Source: an uncultured Acidobacteriota bacterium (lineage in GTDB: Bacteria > Acidobacteriota > Terriglobia > Terriglobales > Acidobacteriaceae). From it: DNA of 64,000 nucleotides. The notes under the pieces are model-generated. The model worked only from the letters and a program-made list of their open reading frames with translations, was not told the DNA's origin and ran no database searches. The translations under genes were made by a program, and so were the position numbers. Below are positions 41,140 through 50,343 of the stretch, one piece after another. Each line of letters starts with the position of its first letter. The stretch's first letter is position 1. Where the stretch lies: the NCBI GenBank assembly GCA_963850585.1, contig CAWKLW010000015.1, positions 489,728 to 553,727 on the forward strand. The letters run 5' to 3'.

Positions 41140-42323
41140 TGGCGCGCCCAATTTTTCGGTTGACGTTCTGGAAACTGGTTTTCTTCTTTCTGATGGCGGG
41201 CGGGCTTTACGCCACGTTTATACGTTTCACCCAGGGGCTGGGCGCATCCACCAACCTCAACGATCAATTTCCCTGGGGCATCTGGATCAGCTTTGATGTG
41301 TTGTGCGGCGTGATGCTGGCAGCGGGCGGGTTTACGCTGACGGCCGCCGTTCACATCCTCAACATCAAGCGCCTGCATTCGATTATCCGGCCTACGATTC
41401 TGACCGCATTTCTGGGCTACATCTTGGTGTGCGCCGCGCTGATGTACGACCTGGGCAAGCCGTACAACATCTGGCATCCGCTGATCATGCGCAATCCGCA
41501 CTCGGTGATGTTCGAAGTGGCGTATTGCGTGATGTTGTACACGACTGTCCTGGCACTGGAGTTTTCGCCGATCGTGCTGGAGCGGTTCAACCTGCAAAAG
41601 CCCTTGAAGGTGGTTCGCGCGATCCTGATTCCGCTGGTGATCTGCGGCGTGATTTTGTCGACGCTGCACCAGTCTTCGCTGGGAACCCTGTATCTGATCC
41701 TTCCGGAAAAGCTGCACCCGTTCTGGTATAGCCCGCTGCTGCCGGTCTTCTTCTTCCTTTCGGCGATTGCTGTGGGGTTGGCGATGACGATTTTCGAATC
41801 GTCGCTGAGCTCCCGGCATTTTGGCCTGCATCTGGAATTGCCGGTGCTGCAGGAACTGGGAAGGGTGCTGGTGGTCGTGCTGGGCGTGTACGGCATTCTG
41901 CGGTTTGAAGATCTGGCCAATCGCGGCGCCCTGAAAATGGCATTCCATGCCGGTTATGAGACGTACTTGTTCTGGCTGGAAATCATGCTGGCGATCATTC
42001 TGCCGTTGTGCCTGCTGGTGCAGAAAAGAGTAAGGAACAGCGCAACGGGACTTTACCTCTCCGCGGTGCTGGTGGTGCTCGGGTTCATCACCAACCGGAT
42101 GAACGTCAGCATCACGGGGATGGAGGGATCGACGGGCGTGCGGTACTTCCCCAAGTGGAGCGAACTGGCGGTAACCGGAATGATCATCGGGATCGGATTC
42201 GCCGCCTTCGGGCTGGCGGTGAAATATCTGCCGATCTTTCCCAAAGAAGAATTTGCAGTGGAGAAGTCGCCCGAGCCGTCGGCGGTGGCCGTGGACGTGG
42301 TGATGGAGCATGCCGGAGACTGA
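41139..42323 (+). CDS. NrfD/HybB/PsrC-type polytopic quinone-interacting membrane subunit
   Basis: Intact 394-aa ORF with at least 8 TM helices. FPWGIWISFDVLCGVMLAAGGF and LGKPYNIWHPLIM are typical of the NrfD family. The start overlaps the previous stop (TAATG). Confidence 0.75.
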   Translation: MARPIFRLTFWKLVFFFLMAGGLYATFIRFTQGLGASTNLNDQFPWGIWISFDVLCGVMLAAGGFTLTAAVHILNIKRLHSIIRPTILTAFLGYILVCAALMYDLGKPYNIWHPLIMRNPHSVMFEVAYCVMLYTTVLALEFSPIVLERFNLQKPLKVVRAILIPLVICGVILSTLHQSSLGTLYLILPEKLHPFWYSPLLPVFFFLSAIAVGLAMTIFESSLSSRHFGLHLELPVLQELGRVLVVVLGVYGILRFEDLANRGALKMAFHAGYETYLFWLEIMLAIILPLCLLVQKRVRNSATGLYLSAVLVVLGFITNRMNVSITGMEGSTGVRYFPKWSELAVTGMIIGIGFAAFGLAVKYLPIFPKEEFAVEKSPEPSAVAVDVVMEHAGD

Positions 42324-43982
42324 AGCAAAGCGGAGCCGGTGGTTTCGGCTGACTCACAGCTTGAGTGCCAAGCTGAACCTGCTATTGCTGGGCGCGATGC
42401 TGGTGATCTTTGCGCTGCTCGGGTATCTGAACGTCCGGCTGCACCGGCAGCACCTGGAGCAGAACACTCTGCAGGCGGCAGAGCGGATCAGCGACGTCAT
42501 CAAGCAGGGTACGACCGACTACATGCTGCGCAACGATCGCAGCGGCCTGTATCAGTCGATCCAGACGATAGCGGCTGAACCGGGCATTTACAAAATCCGC
42601 ATCTTCGACCAGGAAGGCCGGATTACCTACACCACGACGCCCAGCGAGCAGAACCATGTCGTGGATAAAACGGGCGAGGCCTGCTACGGATGCCACGCGC
42701 AATCGCAGCCGCTGGCCCGGCTGAATCGTCCCGATCGTTTCCGGATTTATCGTAACGGTGGCGGAAGCCGTGTGCTGGGGATTATCACTCCGATCGAGAA
42801 TCAACCATCGTGCTCCAACGCTGCTTGCCACGCGCATCCGGCGTCGCAGCAGATTCTGGGGGTGCTCGACACCAACCTGTCACTGGCCAAGGCTGACGTT
42901 CAACTGGCGGAAAGCAGCCGGATCATGATCGCGTATACCGCGTGCGGTCTGGTCCTGATCGCCGTTCTTAGCTGGTTTTTTGTGTGGAGGGTAGTGGGAC
43001 GGCCGGTGCAAGCGCTGGAACGCGGCACCGAGCGTCTGAAAGCCGGCGATCTCGGCTATCAGATCACGGTCGAGTCTGAAGACGAGATTGGCGACCTGGC
43101 GCGGTCCTTCAACGACATGAGCAGCCAGCTCAAAACCGAGCACACCGAAAACGTTGCCTGGACTCATACCCTCGAACAGCGGGTCGAGCAAAAGACTCGC
43201 GAGTTGAGGCGCGCCCACGAGCACGCGCTGCACACGGAGAAGATGGCGTCCATCGGCAAGATGGCGGCCGTGTTGGCGCATGAGATCAACAATCCACTGT
43301 CGGGCATCCTCACTTACGCGAAGCTGTTGCGGAAGTATCTGGATCACGCGGACAACGGCAGGGATCGGCGACAGGAAATCTGCGATTCGCTGGACCTGAT
43401 CGCGTCCGAGAGCCGCCGCTGCGGGGACCTCGTCAAGAACCTGCTGACCTTCTCGCGCACGACCCCCATGAACCTGCAGCCCACAAACCTGAACTCGGTA
43501 ATCGACCAGGCGCTGCGGCTGATCCAGCACCAACTGGAACTCAGCGCAATCCACTTGGAAGAGCACCTCGAAGCTGACCTGCCTCTCATCGATTGCGACG
43601 GCGCGCAGATCGAGCAAGTTTTTCTTGCATTGCTGATGAATGCCATAGATGCGATGCCGCAAGGCGGGAATTTATGGATTACCAGCACAGCCGATGCCGA
43701 CGCCAACCAGTTACGGATCGTCGTGCGCGATGACGGCGCGGGAATTCCGCCTGAAATCCTGCCTCGCATTTTTGAACCTTTTCTGACAACGAAGGAAACC
43801 GGCCGCGGCGTGGGCTGGGATTAGCCATCAGCCACAGCATTCTTGAGCGGCATAGCGGAACCATCGCGGTTCAATCGGAAGTCGGAAATGGCACGACGTT
43901 CACAGTGACGCTGCCGTGGGAGAAAGAAGCACCGAAAGCTCCTACGCCGGAAGAGATGTCCGCTGTCCTCAGCGGGAGGTGA
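42310..43982 (+). pseudogene. sensor histidine kinase (TM - periplasmic haem-motif domain - TM - HAMP - HisKA - HATPase), one frameshift near the 3' end
   Basis: It has two TM helices and a periplasmic loop carrying CYGCH (42682-42696) and CSNAACH (42811-42831). HAMP follows (RVVGRPVQALERGTERLKAGDLGY), then the H-box MAAVLAHEINNPLSG and the N/G boxes. After ...TKETGRGVG the frame breaks (gtgggctggga, about 43815) and continues as [35 protein letters not shown]...SGR*, ending at TGA 43980-43982. Confidence 0.8.
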
Positions 43983-45346
43983 TTGAAGTGGAAACACAGG
44001 GAAAGCTTCTGATCGTCGACGACGAGCTCAGCGTACGCGATTCTCTGGGCAAATGGTTTCGCGAAGAGGGGTACGAGATCGGAACGGCGGAGAACGCGAG
44101 CGACGCGCTCACGCGGATGGCGGAGGGCAAATGGGATGTCGCCCTGCTCGACATCAAGATGCGGGGAACGGACGGAATCGAACTGCAGAAGCGGCTGCAC
44201 GAACTCGATCCGGACCTGATTGTCATCATGATGACCGGCTATGCGTCGGTCGAAACCGCGGTCACGGCTCTGAAGAACGGGGCCTACGACTATGTGAGCA
44301 AGCCGCTGGATCCAGACGAAATCGCGCATCTGGTGAAGAAGGCGCTGGCGCACCGGCATGCGGAGAAAGAGAACGTGCGGCTGCGGGAAACCGTGGCAGA
44401 AGCAACCCGCCCGGACGACATGGTCGGCCAGAGCGCCGCGATGCGCAAGGTTATAGACGCGATCCAGACGGTGGGGCCGACGGACGCGAATGTGCTGATC
44501 ACGGGCGAGAGCGGCACGGGTAAAGAACTGGTGGTGCGGGCGATTCATGCGGCCAGCCTGCGGCGGTTTCATCCGCTCGTAGCGATTCATTGCGGGGCAT
44601 TGACCGAGACTCTGCTGGAAAGCGAGCTTTTCGGCCACGAGAAGGGCGCATTCACCGGGGCGCAGTACCGCAAGAAAGGGAAATTCGAAATCGCGGAAGG
44701 CGGAACGGTCTTTCTGGACGAGATTGGCGACATCAGCCTGAAGACGCAGACCGATTTGCTGCGCGTGCTGCAAGAGCGCGAGATCACGCGCGTTGGCGGA
44801 AACCAGGTCATCAAGGTTGATTTTCGCTGTGTGGCCGCGACCAACAAGAATCTCGAGGCGATGATCGAAGAGGGCACGTTCCGGCCCGATTTGTTCTACC
44901 GGCTCAACGTTTTTCATATCGAACTGCCGCCCTTGCGGGAGCGGCGCGAAGACATTCCGATCCTGGTAGAGCATTTCGTGCGCAAATTCTCGCTGGCGAT
45001 GAACAAACAGATTACACGCGTCGCTCCGGCTGCCATGCAACAGCTGCAGCAGCAGCCCTGGATGGGAAATGTCCGCGAACTAGAGAATGCCGTCGAACGC
45101 GCCATGGTGGTGGCACAGCCACCCGAATTGCGCGAGCAGGACTTTATCTTCAAACAGCCGAACGGTTTTGCCGCAGCAGGCAAGAGCTTGGATGATGTAG
45201 AACGCGCGCACATTCTTCGCGTGCTCGAAGAGTGTGGCGGAAATCAGAGCCGCGCGGCGGACATTCTCGATATCGACCGGGTGACGCTGCATCACAAGCT
45301 GAAGCGCTACGGTTGGAGCCGAACTCCGGCTGGAAGCAGAAACTGA
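43979..45346 (+). CDS. sigma-54-dependent response regulator (NtrC family)
   Basis: It has a receiver domain ([14 protein letters not shown]...[11 protein letters not shown]) and an AAA+ domain with [14 protein letters not shown] and a Fis-type HTH ([23 protein letters not shown]). The GTG start overlaps the kinase stop (GTGA). Confidence 0.85.
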   Translation: MIEVETQGKLLIVDDELSVRDSLGKWFREEGYEIGTAENASDALTRMAEGKWDVALLDIKMRGTDGIELQKRLHELDPDLIVIMMTGYASVETAVTALKNGAYDYVSKPLDPDEIAHLVKKALAHRHAEKENVRLRETVAEATRPDDMVGQSAAMRKVIDAIQTVGPTDANVLITGESGTGKELVVRAIHAASLRRFHPLVAIHCGALTETLLESELFGHEKGAFTGAQYRKKGKFEIAEGGTVFLDEIGDISLKTQTDLLRVLQEREITRVGGNQVIKVDFRCVAATNKNLEAMIEEGTFRPDLFYRLNVFHIELPPLRERREDIPILVEHFVRKFSLAMNKQITRVAPAAMQQLQQQPWMGNVRELENAVERAMVVAQPPELREQDFIFKQPNGFAAAGKSLDDVERAHILRVLEECGGNQSRAADILDIDRVTLHHKLKRYGWSRTPAGSRN

Positions 45347-45367
45347 TTTCAACCCAAGCTGGCTTCC

Positions 45368-45910
45368 ATGAACCTGGTTCATTTGCTTCCGGTCGGCAAC
45401 ATTGGTATGGCGTTGCTCGAGAGGGTCTCGCGCTCGCTGCCGGAATGCTTGCCCGTGCGCTGCGACATTCTTGCCTCATCGCTCGATCCCGGGGCCGCCT
45501 ATCACGCCGAGCGGCAGCAATTTCACTCGTCTGAAATCCTCCAGCGAATGCAACCACTGGCAGCGCGCTCTTGGCGGCTGCTCGCCATTGCCGACGTCGA
45601 TCTCTACATCCCTATCCTGACGTATGTTTTTGGCGAAGCGCAGATCGCCGGACCTTGTGCGGTGGTTTCAGTATTTCGGCTCCGGCAGGAATTTTATGGG
45701 CTGGATCGGGATGAGGATCTGCTGCGTGAGCGCCTGCTGAAGGAGTGCGTTCACGAGTTGGGCCATACGCTCGAGTTGCGCCACTGTCAGGACTACCGCT
45801 GTGCCATGGCGTCTTCGCACGCTGTAGAGTGGATTGACTTGCGCAAGAGCACTCTATGCCATTCCTGCCGCTCGCAACTGAAAGCTGACCGGCGACTCCA
45901 AGCGGTATAG
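45368..45910 (+). CDS. archaemetzincin-like zinc metallopeptidase (M54)
   Basis: The motif HELGHTLELRHCQDYRCAMASS...CHSC matches HExxHxxxxxH plus the Cys4 zinc-ribbon pattern of archaemetzincins. Confidence 0.7.
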   Translation: MNLVHLLPVGNIGMALLERVSRSLPECLPVRCDILASSLDPGAAYHAERQQFHSSEILQRMQPLAARSWRLLAIADVDLYIPILTYVFGEAQIAGPCAVVSVFRLRQEFYGLDRDEDLLRERLLKECVHELGHTLELRHCQDYRCAMASSHAVEWIDLRKSTLCHSCRSQLKADRRLQAV

Positions 45911-47103
45911 TGCGGTTCACCACAAAGTGTCACCTTCGTAGTACACTTTTCGCCATGATGCCCAGACACCGCGAAGCTGTCTACATTATCGTTCTTGCTG
46001 TGGTGAGTGGAGCGCTGCTGTTCGCCCAAACGAAACCGGCGAAGCACAGCTCTGGAGTTCAGCAAAAAGAGTTCGGGACGCATGAAGGGAGGCCCGTCAA
46101 CTTGTATACGCTCAAGAACGCACACGGGGTTGAAATTCAGGCAATGAATTATGGTGGCATCATTCTGTCCATCCGCGTGCCGGATCGCAAAGGCGAGTTC
46201 GCCGACATCGTGCTGGGTCACGACAAACTCGAAGGCTACACTCCCAATAAGCCATACCTTGGCGCGATCGTCGGACGCTACGCCAATCGCATTGCGAACG
46301 GGACCTTCACGCTCGACGGGAAAACCTATACGCTCCCGAAGAACGACGGACCGAATACCCTCCACGGTGGAACGACGCGGACATTCGACAAAGTTGTGTG
46401 GGATGCGGAGCCGCTGAAGGGAAAAAATGGCGTCGCTTTCAGCTATCTGAGCAAAGATGGCGAAGAAGGATTCCCGGGCAATCTGAAAATGAAGGTCACG
46501 TATACGCTGACAGACAACAATGAACTGGTGATCGATTACGAGGCGACCACCGACAAGGCTACGCCCATCAACGTCAGCCAGCATAGTTATTTCAATCTCA
46601 AGGGTGAAGGCAACGGCGACATTCTTGATCACGAGGTTATGATCAATGCCGACCGTTTCACCCCGGTGGACAAGAATCTGATTCCCACGGGCGAGCTGCG
46701 GCCGGTCAAAGGCACGCCGATGGATTTCACGACGCCGACGAAGGTAGGTACCCGTATCGATGACAATTACGAGCAGCTGCAGCTAGGCCACGGGTACGAC
46801 CACAACTTCGTTATCAACCGGAAAGGGCCCGGGATGGTGCTGGCGGCGCGGGTTTCGGAGCCGACCACCGGGCGTGTGCTGGAAGTCTCGACTACGCAGC
46901 CGGGAGTGCAATTCTACACGGGAAATTTTCTTGACGGCTCGGTCACCGGGAAAGAAGGCCACGTTTACAACCGTCGGTACGGCCTCTGCCTGGAGACACA
47001 ACATTTCCCGGATTCCCCCAATCACCCCAAATTCCCGAGCACCATCCTGAAGCCGGGAGAGACATTCCACCAGAAGACGGTGTTCAAGTTTTCGGCGAAG
47101 TGA
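45910..47103 (+). CDS. galM: aldose 1-epimerase (galactose mutarotase), exported
   Basis: Blocks IVGRYANRIANGTFTLDGKTYTLPKNDGPNTLHGG and ...GLCLETQHFPDSPN are present. The real start is probably the internal MMPRHREAVYIIVLAVVSGALLFAQ at about 45955. Confidence 0.8.
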   Translation: MRFTTKCHLRSTLFAMMPRHREAVYIIVLAVVSGALLFAQTKPAKHSSGVQQKEFGTHEGRPVNLYTLKNAHGVEIQAMNYGGIILSIRVPDRKGEFADIVLGHDKLEGYTPNKPYLGAIVGRYANRIANGTFTLDGKTYTLPKNDGPNTLHGGTTRTFDKVVWDAEPLKGKNGVAFSYLSKDGEEGFPGNLKMKVTYTLTDNNELVIDYEATTDKATPINVSQHSYFNLKGEGNGDILDHEVMINADRFTPVDKNLIPTGELRPVKGTPMDFTTPTKVGTRIDDNYEQLQLGHGYDHNFVINRKGPGMVLAARVSEPTTGRVLEVSTTQPGVQFYTGNFLDGSVTGKEGHVYNRRYGLCLETQHFPDSPNHPKFPSTILKPGETFHQKTVFKFSAK

Positions 47104-47117
47104 ACAGGAATTAGCAA

Positions 47118-47203
47118 CTTCAACTCCGCGGATATACGCAGATCAACACGGATTGAAATATCTAAACAATCCGATTAATCCACGTTCATCCGCGGAGTTG
47201 AAG
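47118..47203. repeat. 86-nt extended hairpin (REP-like) between convergent galM and glnD
   Basis: Perfect 16-bp outer stem, cttcaactccgcggat (47118-47133) / atccgcggagttgaag (47188-47203). The 54-nt interior is partly self-complementary. Confidence 0.6.
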
Positions 47204-47219
47204 GTGCAATCAGTCTGCC

Positions 47220-49811
47220 CTAAGCAGCACTAAGTTCCTCCAGCAGAGTTTTCCGGAGTGTCTTGCAGTGCTCTGCCGTGAGTTTCTTCCCTCCCGCAGT
47301 CACATAGAAGGTATCGATCGCCATCTGCCCTTCGGTGTCAATGAGAGCGATCTCGATGTTGCAGGCCTGATCGGACAGCGCGGAAGCAATACGGTGCAGC
47401 AGGCGGGGGCGATCTTGCGCGATCACCTGCACGATGGTGGTGGTGGCAGAGGAAAGATCGTCGAACTCGATCCTAGTCTCTACTTTGACTTTGGCAATCG
47501 CGGATTTTTCAGAGCGCTGGCGATCGCGAAGCATTTTGTCCAGGTCAGCTTCACCCAGCAGTACACTGGCGACGCTCCGGCGGAAGCGGTCCCATTCCGA
47601 AAGATTCAGCTCCAGAGTGCGGAAGCGGTCGGTGAAGTAGAGAGTGTCAACGACCGTCGCCGCATGGTTCGAGAACGCGTTGGCCTTGACGATGTTCATG
47701 CCCCAGGCGGCCAGGACACCCGCCAGCTTGGCGAAGAGAAACGGCCGATCTCCGGTGACCAGCGTCAGTTCGTACCAGTGACGGCCGCGTTTCAGTTCGA
47801 CCTGTACCGCATCCCGGCTCAGTTCCTCGGACATCTGCAGGTGGCGCATGACTTCTTCGGCGGTGTGCACCAGCAGGTATCGCTGGGGGAATCCTTCGAC
47901 GAAAGCTTTGAAATTCGCGCCGGTGACCGGGGCCAGCGAGCGGAGGCGGGCCAGCTTTTCGTCGCTGACATCGTTGTGGACGCGATGATCGGCGCTGCGG
48001 TTCAGGTAATTTTCCGCAGCGATGTAAAGCTGCCAGATATTCTCCGCCTTCCAGGGGGTCAGAGCCTCCGGATTCACCGCCTTGATGTCGGCGTAAGTCA
48101 TGAGGCAGAGCATTTTGAGGCGCTCGGGCGTGCCCATCTTTTCTGCGAAGGCGGCTACGGTCGCGGGATCGAAGATGTCACGGCGCAATGCTGCCGACAA
48201 CTCCAAGTGACTCGCAATCAGGAACAGCACCTCCGCGCGTTCTCTGGGATCCACATCCAGGCGATCCATGGCGCGGTTGGCGACGTCCACGCTCGCGCCC
48301 ACGTGCTCACCGGGTGAGGCTCCTTTCCCCGTGTCATGCAGCAAGAGCGCAAGGTAGAGCAATTGCGGGTCTTCGAGTTCGGCGAGAAGCTCGGCGTAGC
48401 GCTTATCCCATTCGGATTGCGACTGCTTCAGGCGGTGCAGGCTCTCGATAGCCAGGAATGAGTGCTCATCGACCGTGAAGCGATGATAGAAGTCGCGCAC
48501 TACCAGCGAGTCGATCAGCTTCATCTCGGGCAAAAGAAGGGTGAGCAGGCGGAGAGAGTGCATGGCCCGCAGTGCGTCTGCGGCGTGAGGCTGCAGCAGA
48601 GTTTCCTGCAGGTATAGCCACAATTCCGCTCCGCGGGGAGGAGTTGCCGCCAAGGCAGGAAGCGCCTGCTCGATGCGGTACTCGGTGGTCGCGCTGAGTT
48701 TCAGGCCGTGGTGGGCCATGAAGTGGAACAGGCGCAGCAGTACTTCCGGATCCTGCAAAGCGGACGGCTGCTGCAAAAAGATGAGACCATCGACCACCGA
48801 AAAATCAGCTGTAGTCAGGCGCGAGCGCCAGCTCTGCACCTGGCGATACAAAGCCGACCATGCCTCTGGAATCTCTTCGAGCAACTGCGTGACCGTCCGC
48901 TGCACCGCGCGGGCATGGCCGAAGTAGATACGCATCCAATCCGCGGCGGAGAGTTCTTGGCCATCGGATGCTCCGATCTTGCGAGCAGCGGCTTCGTCCT
49001 GGGCTTCCCAGCTCAGCGTGTTGTCATCGCGCCCCTGGCGAAAATGCAGGAAACAGCGGGCGGACATCAGGAAATCGAGCGCCGATTCCAATTGCTTTCG
49101 TACCGGAGCGCGCAACGAAGTGGCATCCGGCCAGTCGTGCAGCTTGTCCATGGCTGAAATCAGGGCAAGCCAGTTGGCCACGTTACAGTCGCGCAATCCT
49201 CCTGGAGCCTCTTTCAGATTGGGCTCCAGATGATACAAGGTCATGCCGTACTTGCCGTGACGCTCGCGCGTGACCTCGGCCAATCCTTGGAGTAAGGACT
49301 TCGATTCCCGCATCACCAGCTTGGGGATTACCTTGTCGTGCAAACGCCGAAAAAGGTCACGATCGCCTACGAGATACCGGCAGTCGAGCAGAGAGATGGC
49401 GAATTCGGTGTTGTTGGGATCGTAGCGGTCACATTCCGCTAGCGTGCGCGACGCAGGACTCAGCTTCAATCGCAGATCCCAGAGCTCCTGCGAGAATCGG
49501 CGCACGGGGTCTTTAAACGCTTGTTCAGCGTCGCGATCACCGTAGAGGAAAAGGATGTCAATATCGGAATGAGGGAAGAGCCAGCCGCGTCCGAATCCGC
49601 CGGTAGCGACGAGAGCCAAATTCGGGGGCTTCGCCGGGTCGGCGGAGACGATCTCGCTCCAGAGCCGTTCGAGGATTTCTTCGACGAGATGAGTTCGCGC
49701 CGCAATGCAGGCCCGGCCGTCTCCGGCAGCCTCAAACTCCCGCCGGATGCGGGCTGACTCATCGTTAATAGAACCCCGTAGCTCGCCAATCAATGAGGAC
49801 GCTGCCACCAT
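47220..49811 (-). CDS. glnD: [protein-PII] uridylyltransferase / uridylyl-removing enzyme
   Basis: Intact 863-aa ORF. It has a nucleotidyltransferase N-terminus (ALVATGGFGRGWLFPHSDIDILFL), an HD domain (LALLLHDTGKG) and two C-terminal ACT-like segments. Confidence 0.9.
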   Translation of the reverse strand: MVAASSLIGELRGSINDESARIRREFEAAGDGRACIAARTHLVEEILERLWSEIVSADPAKPPNLALVATGGFGRGWLFPHSDIDILFLYGDRDAEQAFKDPVRRFSQELWDLRLKLSPASRTLAECDRYDPNNTEFAISLLDCRYLVGDRDLFRRLHDKVIPKLVMRESKSLLQGLAEVTRERHGKYGMTLYHLEPNLKEAPGGLRDCNVANWLALISAMDKLHDWPDATSLRAPVRKQLESALDFLMSARCFLHFRQGRDDNTLSWEAQDEAAARKIGASDGQELSAADWMRIYFGHARAVQRTVTQLLEEIPEAWSALYRQVQSWRSRLTTADFSVVDGLIFLQQPSALQDPEVLLRLFHFMAHHGLKLSATTEYRIEQALPALAATPPRGAELWLYLQETLLQPHAADALRAMHSLRLLTLLLPEMKLIDSLVVRDFYHRFTVDEHSFLAIESLHRLKQSQSEWDKRYAELLAELEDPQLLYLALLLHDTGKGASPGEHVGASVDVANRAMDRLDVDPRERAEVLFLIASHLELSAALRRDIFDPATVAAFAEKMGTPERLKMLCLMTYADIKAVNPEALTPWKAENIWQLYIAAENYLNRSADHRVHNDVSDEKLARLRSLAPVTGANFKAFVEGFPQRYLLVHTAEEVMRHLQMSEELSRDAVQVELKRGRHWYELTLVTGDRPFLFAKLAGVLAAWGMNIVKANAFSNHAATVVDTLYFTDRFRTLELNLSEWDRFRRSVASVLLGEADLDKMLRDRQRSEKSAIAKVKVETRIEFDDLSSATTTIVQVIAQDRPRLLHRIASALSDQACNIEIALIDTEGQMAIDTFYVTAGGKKLTAEHCKTLRKTLLEELSAA

Positions 49812-49932
49812 AAAGATATTCAGCCCTGCAGTTTCTGTATCCGGCTGAACTCAGCTACCAAACGGCTGTTGCATGCACTGCGGTCGCGTCCCCGTTCAAG
49901 TTGCGCCAGCTCCGGCGCAAGGAACAGCCGCG

Positions 49933-50271
49933 CTACAAGGCGCCTTCACCCCGCTCGTCGTTACGGATTCGGATGGCCTCGTCGATGCGCGAACGAAAGA
50001 TCTTCCCGTCCCCAATCTTGCCGGTGCGGGCGGCGTTAACGATGGCCTGCTCGGCTTTTTCGACCAGCGCGTCGGGCAGAACCATCTCGAGTTTGGTCTT
50101 GGGAATGAGATCCACGCTGTACTCGCGGCCGCGGTAGACCTCCGTGTGGCCTTTTTGCCGGCCGTGGCCTCGAACTTCGAGCACCGTCATGCCCTCGACG
50201 CCAATCTCCTGCAGCGCGGTTTTTACCGCTTCCAGCCGGGAGTTTTGAATGATTGCTTCAATCTTAGTCAT
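49933..50271 (-). CDS. glnK: nitrogen regulatory protein P-II
   Basis: The sequence MTKIEAIIQNSRLEAVKTALQEIGVEGMTVLEVRGHGRQKGHTEVYRGREY... is 112 aa, with the T-loop Tyr in the YRGxEY context. It lies directly downstream of the ammonium transporter gene. Confidence 0.9.
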   Translation of the reverse strand: MTKIEAIIQNSRLEAVKTALQEIGVEGMTVLEVRGHGRQKGHTEVYRGREYSVDLIPKTKLEMVLPDALVEKAEQAIVNAARTGKIGDGKIFRSRIDEAIRIRNDERGEGAL

Positions 50272-50343
50272 GGTGTTTGCAAGTCCTTCTCTGCAAATTT
50301 CACACCCCACCCGCGGGAGCCCCATAACACCGAATAGCCGAAC

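Noticed and set aside
41076-42311. 411-aa - strand ORF
   Set aside because: Antisense to the NrfD-type gene. It is extremely His/Arg/Gln-rich with no structure, whereas the + frame gives a coherent polytopic membrane protein.
43871-45040. 389-aa - strand ORF
   Set aside because: Antisense to the NtrC-type regulator, which carries unmistakable Walker A and GAFTGA motifs on the + strand.
47268-48317. 349-aa + strand ORF
   Set aside because: Antisense to the intact glnD.
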